DNA of 64,000 nucleotides from a virus (taxonomy: Duplodnaviria > Caudoviricetes): positions 9,446 through 73,445 of the IMG/VR virus record IMGVR_UViG_3300001598_000048; one strand, 5' to 3'. Position numbers and translations under genes: made by a program. Shown here piece by piece: positions 30,533-43,600 of this stretch. The notes under the pieces are model-generated. The model searched no databases, was not told the DNA's origin, and saw only the letters and a program-made list of their open reading frames with translations. Positions within the stretch are counted from its first letter, which is position 1; the number at the start of each line of letters is the position of its first letter.

Positions 30533-31254
30533 TGGGTAAACTTTCACATCAACAAATAGCAGATGAAATAAAGGAAAAAGGTTTTGAATTAATAGACGAT
30601 ACGGGCTATACGAATATGACAAGCCGCATTATTGTTAAATGCGGAAAAGGACATTTATCAGAAACATCACTTGCGGATTTTAGACATCCTAGTTTTAATT
30701 GTCCTAAATGCGATAAAAATATTAATTTTATTAATCCTACTGCAGTTCCAGCGAAAGGAAATAAAAGAAGAATAATTGCATTTGATCAAGCGACTGAAAA
30801 ATTTGGATTAAGTATTTTTGATAATGGAGAATTAGTATTTTATAATCTATATCAATTTAGCGGTGATTTAGTTACTCGTTTAGTTAAATGTCGCAAATTA
30901 GTAAATAATATTGTTATTGGAAAATGAGAACCTGATTTTATTGTTATGGAAGATATACAGATGCAAAATGGAACTATAACTTTTAAAGTATTATCAATGT
31001 TACTCGGCATTATAGAAGAATGTTGCGCCGAAAATAATATTGAGTATGAAGTTGTAAGTCCTAATGTATGACGTAAATTTGCCGGCACTTGCGGAAAAAC
31101 TAGAAATGAAGAGAAAAAATTAAGTGTAGCAATGGTTGCGGAAAAATATGGCATTAAAGTTACTGACGATGTCGCTGAAGCTATTTTAATCGGCAGATAT
31201 GGCGTAAAGATGCATGGTCAAGAAATTACAATGGCATTTGGTAAAATAAAATAA
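30532..31254 (+). CDS. zinc-finger plus RuvC-like Holliday junction resolvase, 240 aa with 2 TGA=Trp
   Basis: C.KGH...CPKC; IAFDQAT; K(TGA)EPDFIVMED; SPNV(TGA)RK; DDVAEAILIG. Confidence 0.85.
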
Positions 31255-31286
31255 AAGACTTAGAAATATCTAAGTCTTATTTTTTT
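31255..31286. terminator. bidirectional terminator where the arms converge
   Basis: AAGACTTAGA-AATA-TCTAAGTCTT with A and T tracts. Confidence 0.8.
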
Positions 31287-32197
31287 AATTGTTCAATTTG
31301 AAGTTTTAAATCTTCAATTTCTTTTTGTTGTTCTTGAATACCTTTTCAAAGTAAATAGATAAGTTTTGATTCTTTGATAGACATATAATTACCATCAATA
31401 CCATCTGCTTTTTCATTTGCAACAAATGAGAATGATTCAGAATCATATTTTTGTATATCTTGAGCAATAATACCAATTACTTTATCTTTATTGTCTAAAT
31501 AATTGAAAGTTTTAACTTCTATATTCTTAATAATCTCTAATGCGTTAATAAGATATGGATTAATATGTTCTTTTGCTCTTTCATCTGAAGTAGCATTAAA
31601 ATAAAGTGCATTGCAAGAGCCATTAGAATGTATATTACCGCCAACACCAATACCTCCTGTAACTATTAAAGCTCCTGTTTGATAACTCGTAGATTGAGTA
31701 GATGCTGAACAATTTATTGTTTGTGGTAATGTTATTTGATTGCTATTTATAGAAATAGTAGATCCTGAAGAAATTAATTGAAAACCAGTAGATGCAGTTA
31801 AAGTAATTCCTTTTGCTGATGTAATTGAAATATTATCACTATCACCAGTTCCAGAAGATGTTAAAGAAATATTTTTACCTAATAATGTTGAATTTAAACT
31901 ATTATTACCAAAATTTATTTCACTACTACTTATTGTTGATAAATACGAATAGTTTGTATTGTCAATTCTTGTTTGAACAACAGCAACACTACTAAAACAT
32001 AAATTTTGATTCATTATCAATCCTGCTCTATTGGTTGTTACAATAGTTCCGCAATCTGTTTGTACAGCTGACATTGAATTTCCTGTTAAAATTGTTGGAT
32101 TTCCAGTACTAGTAAAATGTATTCAAGTTCAATACCCACTATTTATTGATGTAGTTTCTGAAGCACATCCTTTTATATGATTATAAAATATTGCCAT
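31277..32197 (-). CDS. tail fibre/spike with C-terminal intramolecular chaperone (peptidase S74-like), 306 aa with 3 TGA=Trp
   Basis: ATSDERAKEHI...FNY...IGIIAQD...LL(TGA)KGIQEQQKEIEDLK; GAGGTG RBS. Confidence 0.85.
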
Positions 32198-32222
32198 ATT
32201 TTTCACCTCTTAATTATAAAAT

Positions 32223-32251
32223 ATTATAATTAATAACCTGAGAGAAGTCAA
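32223..32251 (-). promoter_or_regulatory. sigma70-type promoter for the tail fibre gene
   Basis: TTGACT-N17-TATAAT; the -35 overlaps the hairpin AGAGAAGTC/GACTTCTCT. Confidence 0.65.
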
Positions 32252-32275
32252 TTTAAGACTTCTCTCTTTTTTTTA

Positions 32276-35200
32276 TTATCTTATTAGTTTTAATAACTCT
32301 TTTACAATTTTATCTTTATATCTTACAATATTAACAGTTAAAGAAACATCAGAATCTTTACGTAAAGAATATGATTCATCTGTAACGAAAAGATATTGTT
32401 GTAAACTATTTTTAATTTCATCAAATTCATCATAATATTCATCTGCTTCTATTTGTATACCATCACCAATTTTTATTTCTTGACCAATATATCCTTTTAA
32501 ATGTTTTATATCTATCATAGTAATATTATATTGGCGTTCAATATCTTTATAATCTTCAAAAGCTAATTTAGACATATTATATAATGTTTCAGAATCTAAT
32601 GCATCTTCATTTTTATACGATTGTTCAATAATAATACTAGGATAGAGTCTATAGATTTTATATCATTGATTATTATGTTCTAATAAAGAATTTTCATATT
32701 CTTGAGGAGTATAATCTTTATAATTACCATTTTTTAAAGCAATTAACATCATTTCATACCATCCGCCAAAATTACTAGATTCTGATATTGTATTATTTGT
32801 TAATAAATTAAGTATTTGATTTCAAGTTTTACCACCACTTATTGCTTTATAATATGTCATTTCATAAAGTTGTGTTGCTGTTCAAATACCATTTGTATTT
32901 AATTTTAATTTTTCGTTTGTAAATACTTCTTGTAAAAAACTATTATATAATTTAGTATCAGTATTGCATATTTGATCTAAACTAACAATATTACCATATT
33001 TTAGATTTTCATTATAATTATTAAAATCACTTTTTAATATATTTGCTGTTTCTAGATTTGTGCTATATGTCTCAAGATTTTTAATCGAATTAAAATTAAA
33101 TTTATATTTATTTGAATTACTATCTATTACAATATCTGGAATAAAATCATTTAATAATATTGGTTTTGCAGTTCTATTGTTTTCTGCATCCAATTTAATT
33201 ACAATATTAATAATTGAATCAGCAAAATAATTAAGATTGCCATTAACAGTCTTTTGTCAATTGTCTGGTATGAAATATTTACAATATTTACTTGCAGTTA
33301 ATGCTTGTTGTCAATATGATTCTAAATTTGATTCAATTAAAATAGCTTGTTCTTGTAAATAAGAATCAGAAGAATTATTATATAAGTATCAATATTCTCC
33401 ATTGCTATAATTACCAATTGCAATTGTTTTTGTAATATAAGTTCCTGTTACATTATTATTAACTAATACAGATGAATCTTTTGGAATAAAAGTATGATTA
33501 AAACTTGTACTTACTCCTGTAGCGTTAAAATCAAATTCCATATATCCAGTAGTTTCTAATTTTCAAGAAGCTGATGTCGCATCCTTTCTTGTGTAATAAT
33601 TAATAGGAACAATACGTTTGTGATCTGTACCAGAAGAACTAAATTGAGAATTAAAAACATAATAATTTGATTTTGAATAATAATATTTATTTTGTTTAAT
33701 TGCTTGTTCTAGACTACATGTTGGTATTTTATCTTCTCCATAAAAGTATTGAGTGTCTGCATTAAAAATACTAGAATCTGTTATTAATTCAAAATCACTA
33801 TATTTTCCTTGCTTTACGGATAAATTAACAGCAAAAGAAGAAAATTTAAATAAATCCAATTGGCATCCATCAGATAAATTAAATAATAAACTTGTATTTA
33901 ATTTTTGAATTGCTTTTAATTTGTTTTCTAAATTATCTCCAGATAAATCAGGAAAACTTAATTCATAATCTTCATTTTTTAAAATATAACATTTAAAAGT
34001 GCTGTTATCTTTTTCAATTTTAAATCTTATATAATTTCCAACACTTTCTGTACTAACTGATTCTGTATCAAAAATATCTTTTAATGCATCTATAATACCA
34101 ATTTTTTTAACAGATGAAAAATCTGATTCAAGTCAATTATTATTTTCTATTAAAGCAGTTCTAAGATCTTCTAATATAGTATCTAATGGATAATATACAA
34201 TTTTATTTAATATAATATTTCCATAAGTATTAAAAGAATATTGTTTTCCATAAATTGAATTAATTGTATCAATTTGATCTGCAGGTAAAATATAATATGT
34301 ATCTACATTATTAATGAAATCATTATTATTTAGAATACGTCAGAAATCTGTTTTATAATAGTATTTTGCAGAATTAGTTCTTGTGCCATTATAAAATCCT
34401 CTTAAATACTCAAGATTTATATGTATATCTACATAATCACTAACTACTTCATAACTATCTATGCTAATTAAATTATTATTTAATAATGTATATGCACTTT
34501 GTGGGAAATATCTTCCAACTAAAGCATAATAATTATTTTCAACAAATTCATTATTTAGATTTTGTTGAATAAAAGTAGTATAATCTCCATTTATAAAGAA
34601 ATAGTTTTTGTTATTGGCAAAATTACTATCATAATCATTAAATTTATTGCCGATTTTTTTATTAGAAGATAATGCAATATATTTTGTTTTTCCTTTATTG
34701 TCAAAACCTGTTTGTCTATCGGCTTTATTTTTAATTGTTTTTCAATAATCTTTATTAGTTAATTTTTTTATTGAAGATATTGATTCTTTTTTAGATTTTC
34801 TTACTCTTCTATAATAATTGCTAAAATTAGAATAATTAACAAAAGGAATTGTTTGATAAGATAATTTCGAATCATCTGATACATAAATAATTTCATTATT
34901 CTCAATAAAATTTTTAGATTTCATATAAATCTCATTTAAAGGAATATTTGAAAAATATACTACGCTATCTTGATCTTCATTCATACTATCATATGCTTCT
35001 AAGTTACTAATTATATCTGTTGTTAACATTCCTGATAGATTTCCATAAAATTCATTTAAAAGAGGTAAATTCATTCTAGGATTTGAAGCAATAGCTTGAT
35101 TATCAAAAACTAAATAATAATTATCTTTTTGTTTATTATAAGCAGAAGTAATTATTGTACTTTCTGTATTTGCTACTGAAGCATTGTTTAAAAAGCAATT

Positions 35201-37852
35201 ATTTAAAAAGTTTTCTTTCATATCTGTAATAGTTACAGGTGTATAGTTTAAAGTTAAACCATTAAGAGAATCATTTCCATATTTTAATGTATAATTATTA
35301 TTTAATTCATCTCCAGTATTAAAATGATAAATATTCTTTGCAGTAAGAGAATATTTTGAAGATCCATATTCTTTAATTGCTTCTAATTGCCATAAAGCTT
35401 GATTGCTTGAATAACCACTAATACAAGATCCAGATACAGAATGCGAAAAAACATAACGTGTTGAAGAAGCACCTATATCATATTGAGTTCAATTTTCATC
35501 TCCAAAAGGAAGACTATTGCATTCTTTAGTAAAGTAATATTCATAATATTGAATTGAATCGTCATATGTAGTTGTATGAATATTTTCTATTGATGTGTTA
35601 AGAGTACAAAATAGCATCGTACTTGGAGAAGTATTCGCTAAATAATAATTTCCGTTAGCGATAATTGTATTATCTACTTTTAATGAATTATCTAATTTGT
35701 TATATATGTTATCTTCTTTTTTATATATTGGTATAGATAAAAATTCCTTTGCGGTAACACCAGATTGATTTGTTAATTTAGCATAATATGGAGTATCAAA
35801 ACCATATGCATAAGTTGAGCCTGTAGATAAAAAATCTGGCATTTCTATTGTATATTTATATAGATTGCCATTAAAGAAATTAATTTTTTCTTCAAAATAT
35901 TTTCTAAAATCATACATATTTTTTAAAAATCTTTGTTCGGCATTAATATATTTATTTACGTAATCACTTAAAGTCTCATCATAATTAATACAATTATTCT
36001 CATTAGAAACTTCTTTTCTTAACGATTCTAGTGCTAATAAAAAACTATTAGTATCAAGTGTTGCATTTTTATTAATAAAAGGATTTAATATATTTGCTTG
36101 AAATTGCGCTCCAATATTATCTATTGTATTAGTAAGATCAGATATGATTTTAGTTTTTTTATGAATTGCTGCATAATATTCATCGGCATGAAGCATTAGT
36201 CTACCATTAATAATACGTAAATCGTTTTGCAACATATTGACAATATTTAAGTATTCTGCTTTATTAAGAATATTATGTTTATAATAATATGAAAAATCAA
36301 TTAATTTATTCTCTAATCAAGGACAAGCGTCTGCGATTTTCGCAAATAAAAGTTCTTCTTTACTTGTATCTCTATAACAATTAATTCATATATCAAAATT
36401 AACGTCTGTTAATGAACCTGAAAAAGGTATAGAAATTCGTAATCCACTTCAAGATGTTTTTAAATATTGTTCAGGAATTTCCTTGTTTTCTTCAAAAGAA
36501 TCAATTCATTCGTTTCCTATTTTAATTCCAATAGTAAATTTAGTATCTCCATTATAAACAATGCCATTAGGTAAGGAAATATTACTTCTTTTTCCATTTA
36601 TTGAAAGTTTTATACGATTATAGAGTTTCTTTTCTGAGAAATCTATTGTTGTAATATAACCATTAGAAGTTTTCTTTTTAATATAAAGATATAATCTATC
36701 ATTTAATATTTCAAAATGATCATAATGTCCATTATCATCATCAGGTATTCAAATTTTATAGCCATCAGATAAACTATTAGCATTAAAATTATAATTAGAA
36801 CATATTTGAGTAAAATAACCGCTATAATATTTACTATCTAATCATATTTGATCTTGAAATAATTTTTTAAAAAATGTAGGTATTGCTGGAAATAATGTAA
36901 TTGTTTCTTCATCAATAGTTCCACCTTCGACATTTAATACAGTAGCTAATGAATTTCCGCTATGACTTAAAGAAAAATTTTGTATATCACTATAAGGGGA
37001 ATATTTTAAACCAGTAGTATTCTTATTTTTGATTGGTTCAAATCAATAAAACATTGAGAAAGAACCATTATCATTCATATATTCATAAGTTTTTAACATT
37101 AAACCTAATTGTTCTCCTAAAGAAATTAGAATAGAATTAGATGTTCCAGAACCAGAAAATGGCAATGTTTCATTATATTCTGGTTCTGTATATATTGATT
37201 TAATTTTTTTAATAGAAGTGTTTTTTAAACTTTGTAGTTTTTCAGGACAAAGAATTTCAAATCCTTTGTTATGATTTATATCTTCTACTAAATATAATTC
37301 TTGATTTAAACCTAAATATGTATATGATATATGACAATCTTTATTTATTTTTTCTTTTACTCATCAATCTATTGTTTGAGAACCAATATAATCTTCAGAT
37401 TCTGAATTATTTTCAATAGAATAAGTAATATTTTGATGACTTAACTGATAAGAAAAACTATCTGAACATTTATATTCATAAGTCATATTAAGTTCTTTAA
37501 AAGTAAAACTTATATCTGAAACAGTAAAAAGATATTGATTTTCATATTTATCAATTAATAATAATTGAGTTCCAACTACAATATTGTGTATAAAAGGATT
37601 TTCTTCTCTTCTGTCATCTCGTATAATATATCTATTCATTTTAAAAGATAGTTCTTTTTGTGCGTTTTTATGTAGAGTTAATTTTTCATCATAACTATAA
37701 CAAAAAGAATTACCAGTTTCTAATCTAATGCCATTTGATGTAGTATTATTATTAATAGATTGAAATTCACTTATTGTTTGTGATAAAAATTTTAATTCAT
37801 TTATAGTAGAACTAGAATGAATATTTAAATATTTTAATATAAATTTTGCCAT
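32276..37852 (-). CDS. large tail-tip / central-fibre protein, about 1858 aa with at least 20 TGA=Trp
   Basis: Six track ORFs (37852, 36235, 35221, 33859, 33193, 32575) share one frame; the junctions I checked contain only TGA; lies between TMP/Dit and the fibre. Not every codon was checked. Confidence 0.78.
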
Positions 37853-37865
37853 ATTTTCTACCTCT

Positions 37866-38726
37866 CTATAAAATTTTAATATTTAAATTATTAAAAGTCA
37901 AAGTTTCTTTTTCTTTAATAGCATAAACAGATTTTCTTATTAAAGTAGCTTGATCAATATAAGTATCAGTTTCATAAATTTTATCAGAAAAGAATTCTTC
38001 TTCATCGATTGTTAAATAATCTTGTATTGTGGCTACATACGCATTGTTTTTTAAAATTGGACCATTTCATTGATTACCAACAATATCTATAATATAAGAA
38101 TCAATAAAATTAATTGTTTTTGTTTCTTCTGGTCAATTTGTATATTGGCCTTTATTGATATATCTTAAATTAAAATTAGAAATATTAAAAATAGTTTTAT
38201 TAGAAAAAGCACCCAAATCATTTTTATAATAATTAGTATTTAATTCTTTATTATAAATAGAACTTCATATATAATATCCTCCATTACCAACAGGATATAC
38301 TAAGAAATTTGCTGGATTTAAATATGCTGGATTTATAGACGTAGTTTGATTAGGATTAGTAGTTATTAGACCAGTTGGTAAAATATTACAAATGATACAA
38401 TATCCTGATTTAAATTCATATGCAGTATTACCTAAATAGAATTTACCATCAATTCCATTATTAATAACACCTTGACGATATAATAGTTTATGAGGATAAA
38501 ATTTTCTATTAGTACCTTCTATTTGTAAAATACCTTTTTCCAATAAGATAGCATCTGTCATTATGACTTCTTCTTTTTTGCTTGTGCTATTAAAAATATC
38601 AAAATCTGGATTATAATAATATCAATAATCAAATATTGTATTTGTTTTATGTGCTAAATTTTTGACATAATTATATCAGGAATTTCAATAGTTTATATTA
38701 TGATGATTAAAATTATATATCTTCAT
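37866..38726 (-). CDS. putative tail protein, 286 aa, several TGA=Trp
   Basis: AGGTG RBS, ATG 38726 in frame with track ORF 38561, ends TAG at 37866. Confidence 0.7.
37873..37901 (-). promoter_or_regulatory. sigma70-type promoter
   Basis: TTGACT-N17-TAAAAT upstream of GAGG RBS and ATG 37852. Confidence 0.55.
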
Positions 38727-38733
38727 AAAACAC

Positions 38734-39471
38734 CTATTTAACTATTGCAAAAGATAATAATTCTGGTCAGTTTGCACTACAAGTAAAATTACTGTTATCG
38801 GATGTCCATTTTAAATCAGTATATATTTCTTCATTATTACTTGCAAAAATTTTAATTACTGGTTTAATAATATTTTCACCTTCTTTTTTTACAGGAAATG
38901 AAGTATTATCAGAAGTCAATATATTACCATATATATTTTCAGACGTTTGTATTCCTATATTTTTAAAATTTAAAGTTGCATATGGTTGAGTTACTGTTCA
39001 TGTTCTATCTGAAGGGGTGATATCAGCAGTACCAGTAGGAGTAAGATTAGTAAAGCTATAACTAATTTCTACATTATTATTTCCTGCATTCATTTTTAAT
39101 TGAGAAGGATAAAATACTCCTCCACGTTCTGATTGAATATAGATAGCAGAAGAATCTGTATTTTTATATATAATATCTCCTCTAGATAAAACTAAATTTT
39201 GATCTTCAATATTTTTTTCGAAACTATCCGAATCAATAATTAATCCAGTATTAGGAAGAAGATTATTAAATTTACTTAAGAATTCTTCTTCCGTTTTTAC
39301 TACTTCAGATATTTTATAGACATCTCATTGTGTTAATTCTTTTTTAATAAAATCCATTTTTTTATCTAAAAATTCTAAATCTTCTTTAGCATTGGCGGCT
39401 GTGTATGTAGTAATACCAGAAGCTATAGATGGTAATTCTGTATTTCTAACAAATTTTTTATTTAAATTCAT
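38734..39471 (-). CDS. putative tail protein, 245 aa, several TGA=Trp; absent from the track
   Basis: GGAGG RBS; MNLNKKFVRNTELPS... open to TAG at 38734 when TGA=Trp. Confidence 0.72.
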
Positions 39472-39482
39472 ATCTAAACCTC

Positions 39483-40661
39483 CTATATTACATTAGTTCT
39501 TGGATAAGTTGTAATATTTGTTTCGCTAGTAGAAATAATTCAAGAACTATTATTAGAAGTTGTAATTAAAATTAAACTTTTTGGAATTGTAATTGAATTA
39601 AAACCACACTCTGGAAAGAAAAATTTCTTAGTAGAAAAAGTTTGTACTAAATTTTCTCCAGAAGAAGATTGTGTTGTAAGTGTTAATAATTTTCTCGTAT
39701 CATTTCCCAATCCTAAAAATAATAAACCAGTTTCAGAATCATATTCAATAGTAAATTTTAATATATCATTTGTAGCATCATTAGATTGGTTTGTATTATT
39801 AAAAATAGTAGTTAGATTATCTAAAGTTATATTGAATAAATTGTCAAATAATTCATAATCAGAAAAAGGATTATAATTAGGTGGAGTTACTTGAGATGCC
39901 GAAGATTTTAAACGATAAATTGAACAAGTAATTGTTACATTATTACTAATAGTCGTAGCATCAGTTTTTGGTTGTAAAGTTGCAGAAAGATACAAAGGAG
40001 TTTTATTAAAAGTTTCTTTTACATATTCTGGATTATTATTGTCTTCAAATTGCCAATATGGTTGAAACAGACTACCACCAACTAAATCTTGATGCCATTC
40101 AGTTGGAATGATTGCTCTTACACAATTCGGACCTTGTAATTCTCAATTAAGTGTCATTTCTGTATAATACATATAATTATTATCTTCTTTTCCAACAATA
40201 GTTCTTGTAGAATCAGATATGCTACTTAATTTTACTAAATAAGCATATTGTCTATTAAAACCAAAAGATAAATAATCTATTTCATATGGATCTAAAAATT
40301 TTAAAAACTTTTGATAATCTTCTATATTTATCCAATAAACTCCAATTTTAAATTTTAAAGTTTGTGTTTTAAAATTGATACCCATTAAAGTTCCAGACGA
40401 AGATTCAAATTGAGGATTAGTATATTCATTAGAAAAAGAAGGTCCATTATAAAATTGTAAATCATCTGAATTAATAATAAATGCGCCAAAATTTAAAAAA
40501 GCATCATATCCTCTTCAAAGAAAACTAGTAAAATCATCTAAACCAGAACATAACTGTGAACGATTGTTCACAGTTATAGTTGATGGATTAATTCCCATAA
40601 AATAATCTGAAGATAAAGGTATATAATTTCCGTAGTTTTTATTAAGTCTACTATAACTCAT
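39483..40661 (-). CDS. distal tail (Dit)-like protein, 392 aa with TGA=Trp
   Basis: Immediately downstream of TMP; joins track ORFs 40385 and 39995; ends TAG at 39483. Dit call rests on position. Confidence 0.65.
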
Positions 40662-40662
40662 A

Positions 40663-43600
40663 TTAACTAACCCCCATTTCTTTTAATAAATTAAAAATAG
40701 TATCGATAACAACATTTTCTTGATCGCGTGTTAAAGTTGTTATATTTTCTTGATTTAAAGATAAACTTACTTGTCTATTATCAGCAGATGTAGAAATGTT
40801 ATTTCAATCTATTCCGCTCATTAAATCACTACTAAAAAAAGTTGTTTTATAAGTTTCTAACAAGTTTTGTGTTTGTAAGTCTGTTAAATTCGCAGCGCCA
40901 CTTCTAAAGAGTGAAGCTAAGAAATTAGTAGGATCAGACATTTCTATATTCATAGCATTTAAAAGCGCATAACTATTTTCTAATAATTCATCAAATTTAT
41001 CATTAATATCATTAATAGTATCATCAATATCTGTGATAACTGCCTCTTGCGCTCTTTCTCTTAATGTTTTTATTCTTTCTTCTTCTAGATCTTTTAATTG
41101 CTTTTCTAATTGTTGTTTAGTTGCTTGTGAAGAAGTATCTGTAGAAGTTGCAAGTTTATTTAAAGAAGTCATTAATTTTTCAACATTTTCTTCATAATCT
41201 TCATCTTCTGCTTCTTGATTAACTGCATCAAAATATTTTTGATATGCTTCTTTTCTTGAATTTAGATTTTTTTCTAATGCTTCTTTTTGTTTTTGTAAAT
41301 ATTCTTTATAGATATTTAATTGCGCTTCTTCTTGTTCTACTTGTTGCTCTAATGAAACTTCAGTGAATTCATCAAGATTATTTAAACTTTCTAACTCTAA
41401 TTCTAATTGATAGATTAGTGATTGATTTTGTTGATCAATAGATCTGGCTTTTTCTATTTGTATTTTTAAGAATAATTCTTGTCTTCTTTCTTCTATTTTT
41501 TCTAAAAGAGTTGCATTATTCATTAATGCTTTATGAATTGAATTATAATTACCGCTTTCGAATGCTTTTGCTAATTCCGGATCTCCTGCAAATAGTTCCG
41601 CATTATCTTGCATAAATTGAAATTTATCATTTTGAGACATCGTATTTCATTTAGAAGTTGTTTCATAAATATTATCAACCATATTAGTTAAACTGTCTAA
41701 ATTTTGTCCAATATTTAATATAGTTGTACTAATTGAATTATCAATGATATTTACAATTTGATCCCATGCTTTTTGATATTCACCTCCAGAAGCTTTTATT
41801 TCATCTATATATGTACCAAATACAGATTCAATAGATTCTTTTATAGAAGTTTGTCCAGATGCAAAATTCGCTAATAGATTATCAATTAAACCTCTATAAT
41901 CTTCTGAAACAAAATTTAAATCAGTTAAAGTATTAAGTTTTTCATAAGAACTATATAATTCATTTAATTTATCTGTTGTTATTCCAATACTATCTATATA
42001 TTCAATAATTTGACCATTATTAATCGATTGTAATTCGACAAGTCTATCAAATTCATTATATAAAGTATGAAAAGCTTCTTTCATATCTCCAGTTAAAAAT
42101 TGATATGTTTTGGTATAAGCGTTAATTTTATCCATTAAACTTGCATCATCGTTAGTAAGTGCATAAGATGTTTGTAATTCATTTAGTGATGTAACTAAAG
42201 ATTTTATGACTTCTGGATTGTTTAATAATGCTGCCGCAACAGATGCATCTAATTCTTCAAGAATATTTTGAGTTAATGTTTCAACACCTTCTGCAATATT
42301 TTCTATTTCATCTACATAAGTATACAATCTACTATTATTAATTGCATATACTCAATCAGAATTTTCTTTTAATAATGCAAGTCTCTGTGCTTCTGTTTTT
42401 AAAGAATTGTATTCATCAATTTGCTTATTTCTTAATGTTCTAGCTTCAGCTTCTGCTTGTTTTGCAATTTGTTCTAGATAATCTCTACGACCTCTTGTTG
42501 TTATAAGACCTTCATATTCTTCTTTTTGTGCATCTGTTAGAGAGTCTGCAGCTGAAGTCAGAAGTTCTTCCATTTCTTTTAAGTCAGCGTTTGTTTTAAG
42601 AACTTTATTATCTATTTTATCAAAAGAATCAACTATATTATCAAGTTCTGTTGCTTGTTTGTTTAAATTATAGATTTTAGATGATAATTTATCAATACTT
42701 TCTGAAGTTTTTTCACTTTCACTTTTTTTTGTTCCAGATATTCCTTTATGAATAGATACACCAGCAAGTGCTATCATACCAGCAACAGATGCAACAACTC
42801 CTGCAGCAACAATATTACCTGCAATAGGACCTAAATCAGTAATACATTTAGTATATGCTTGTCCTAATAATACTCCAAGAGTTTTTATTCTAGCAAGTAA
42901 TCCTTTCTTTTCTATTCCAATACCAGCAATTGCATTTTTATTTTGTGCTAATTGAAGCATATTAATGACTTGCATTATAGTCATAATAGGCGTTAATACA
43001 CTTAATAAATTACCAAATATACTAGTAAGACCAGAAGCATTTTGCATTAATGATATACTTGTTTCAGCTTGTTGTAATTGTAAACCTGTAATTTCACTTT
43101 GAGTTAAAGCTATTTCTTTTTCTAGTGCTAATTTATCTACTGCCATTGCTTTGTCTACTTGTGCTGTAGCAAGTTCTATTGAACAGCCAGTTTTTTTCAT
43201 CACATTAGCAATAGCTGTTTCTCTTGTAAATTCTTTTGCTTTTTGAACTTGTTTTAAAGCCATTAAATATGCTTTTTTATCAATAAGTTCTGTAGCAATT
43301 TTTGTTTTCTTTTCTTCTAAAATTGCTCTATTTTGAGCTTTTTGAACTTCTCATCTTTTTGTTGCTGAACCTAATAAAGCAGCAGATAAAAAAACCAAAG
43401 AAGTAATGGATACGAATTGACTTTTTAATGCTTCACCAATACCTTCTAATATTTTAGAACCAAATTCTACTAATTTGATTAAAGCATCATTATTAACTGC
43501 ATTACTAACAATTTCTTCTCAAGCAACTTTTACTTTATTTAAAGCAGCTTCCATTCCTTCCATATAAGTTGCCATTTGTGCTAAAGTAGCACCTTGAGAA

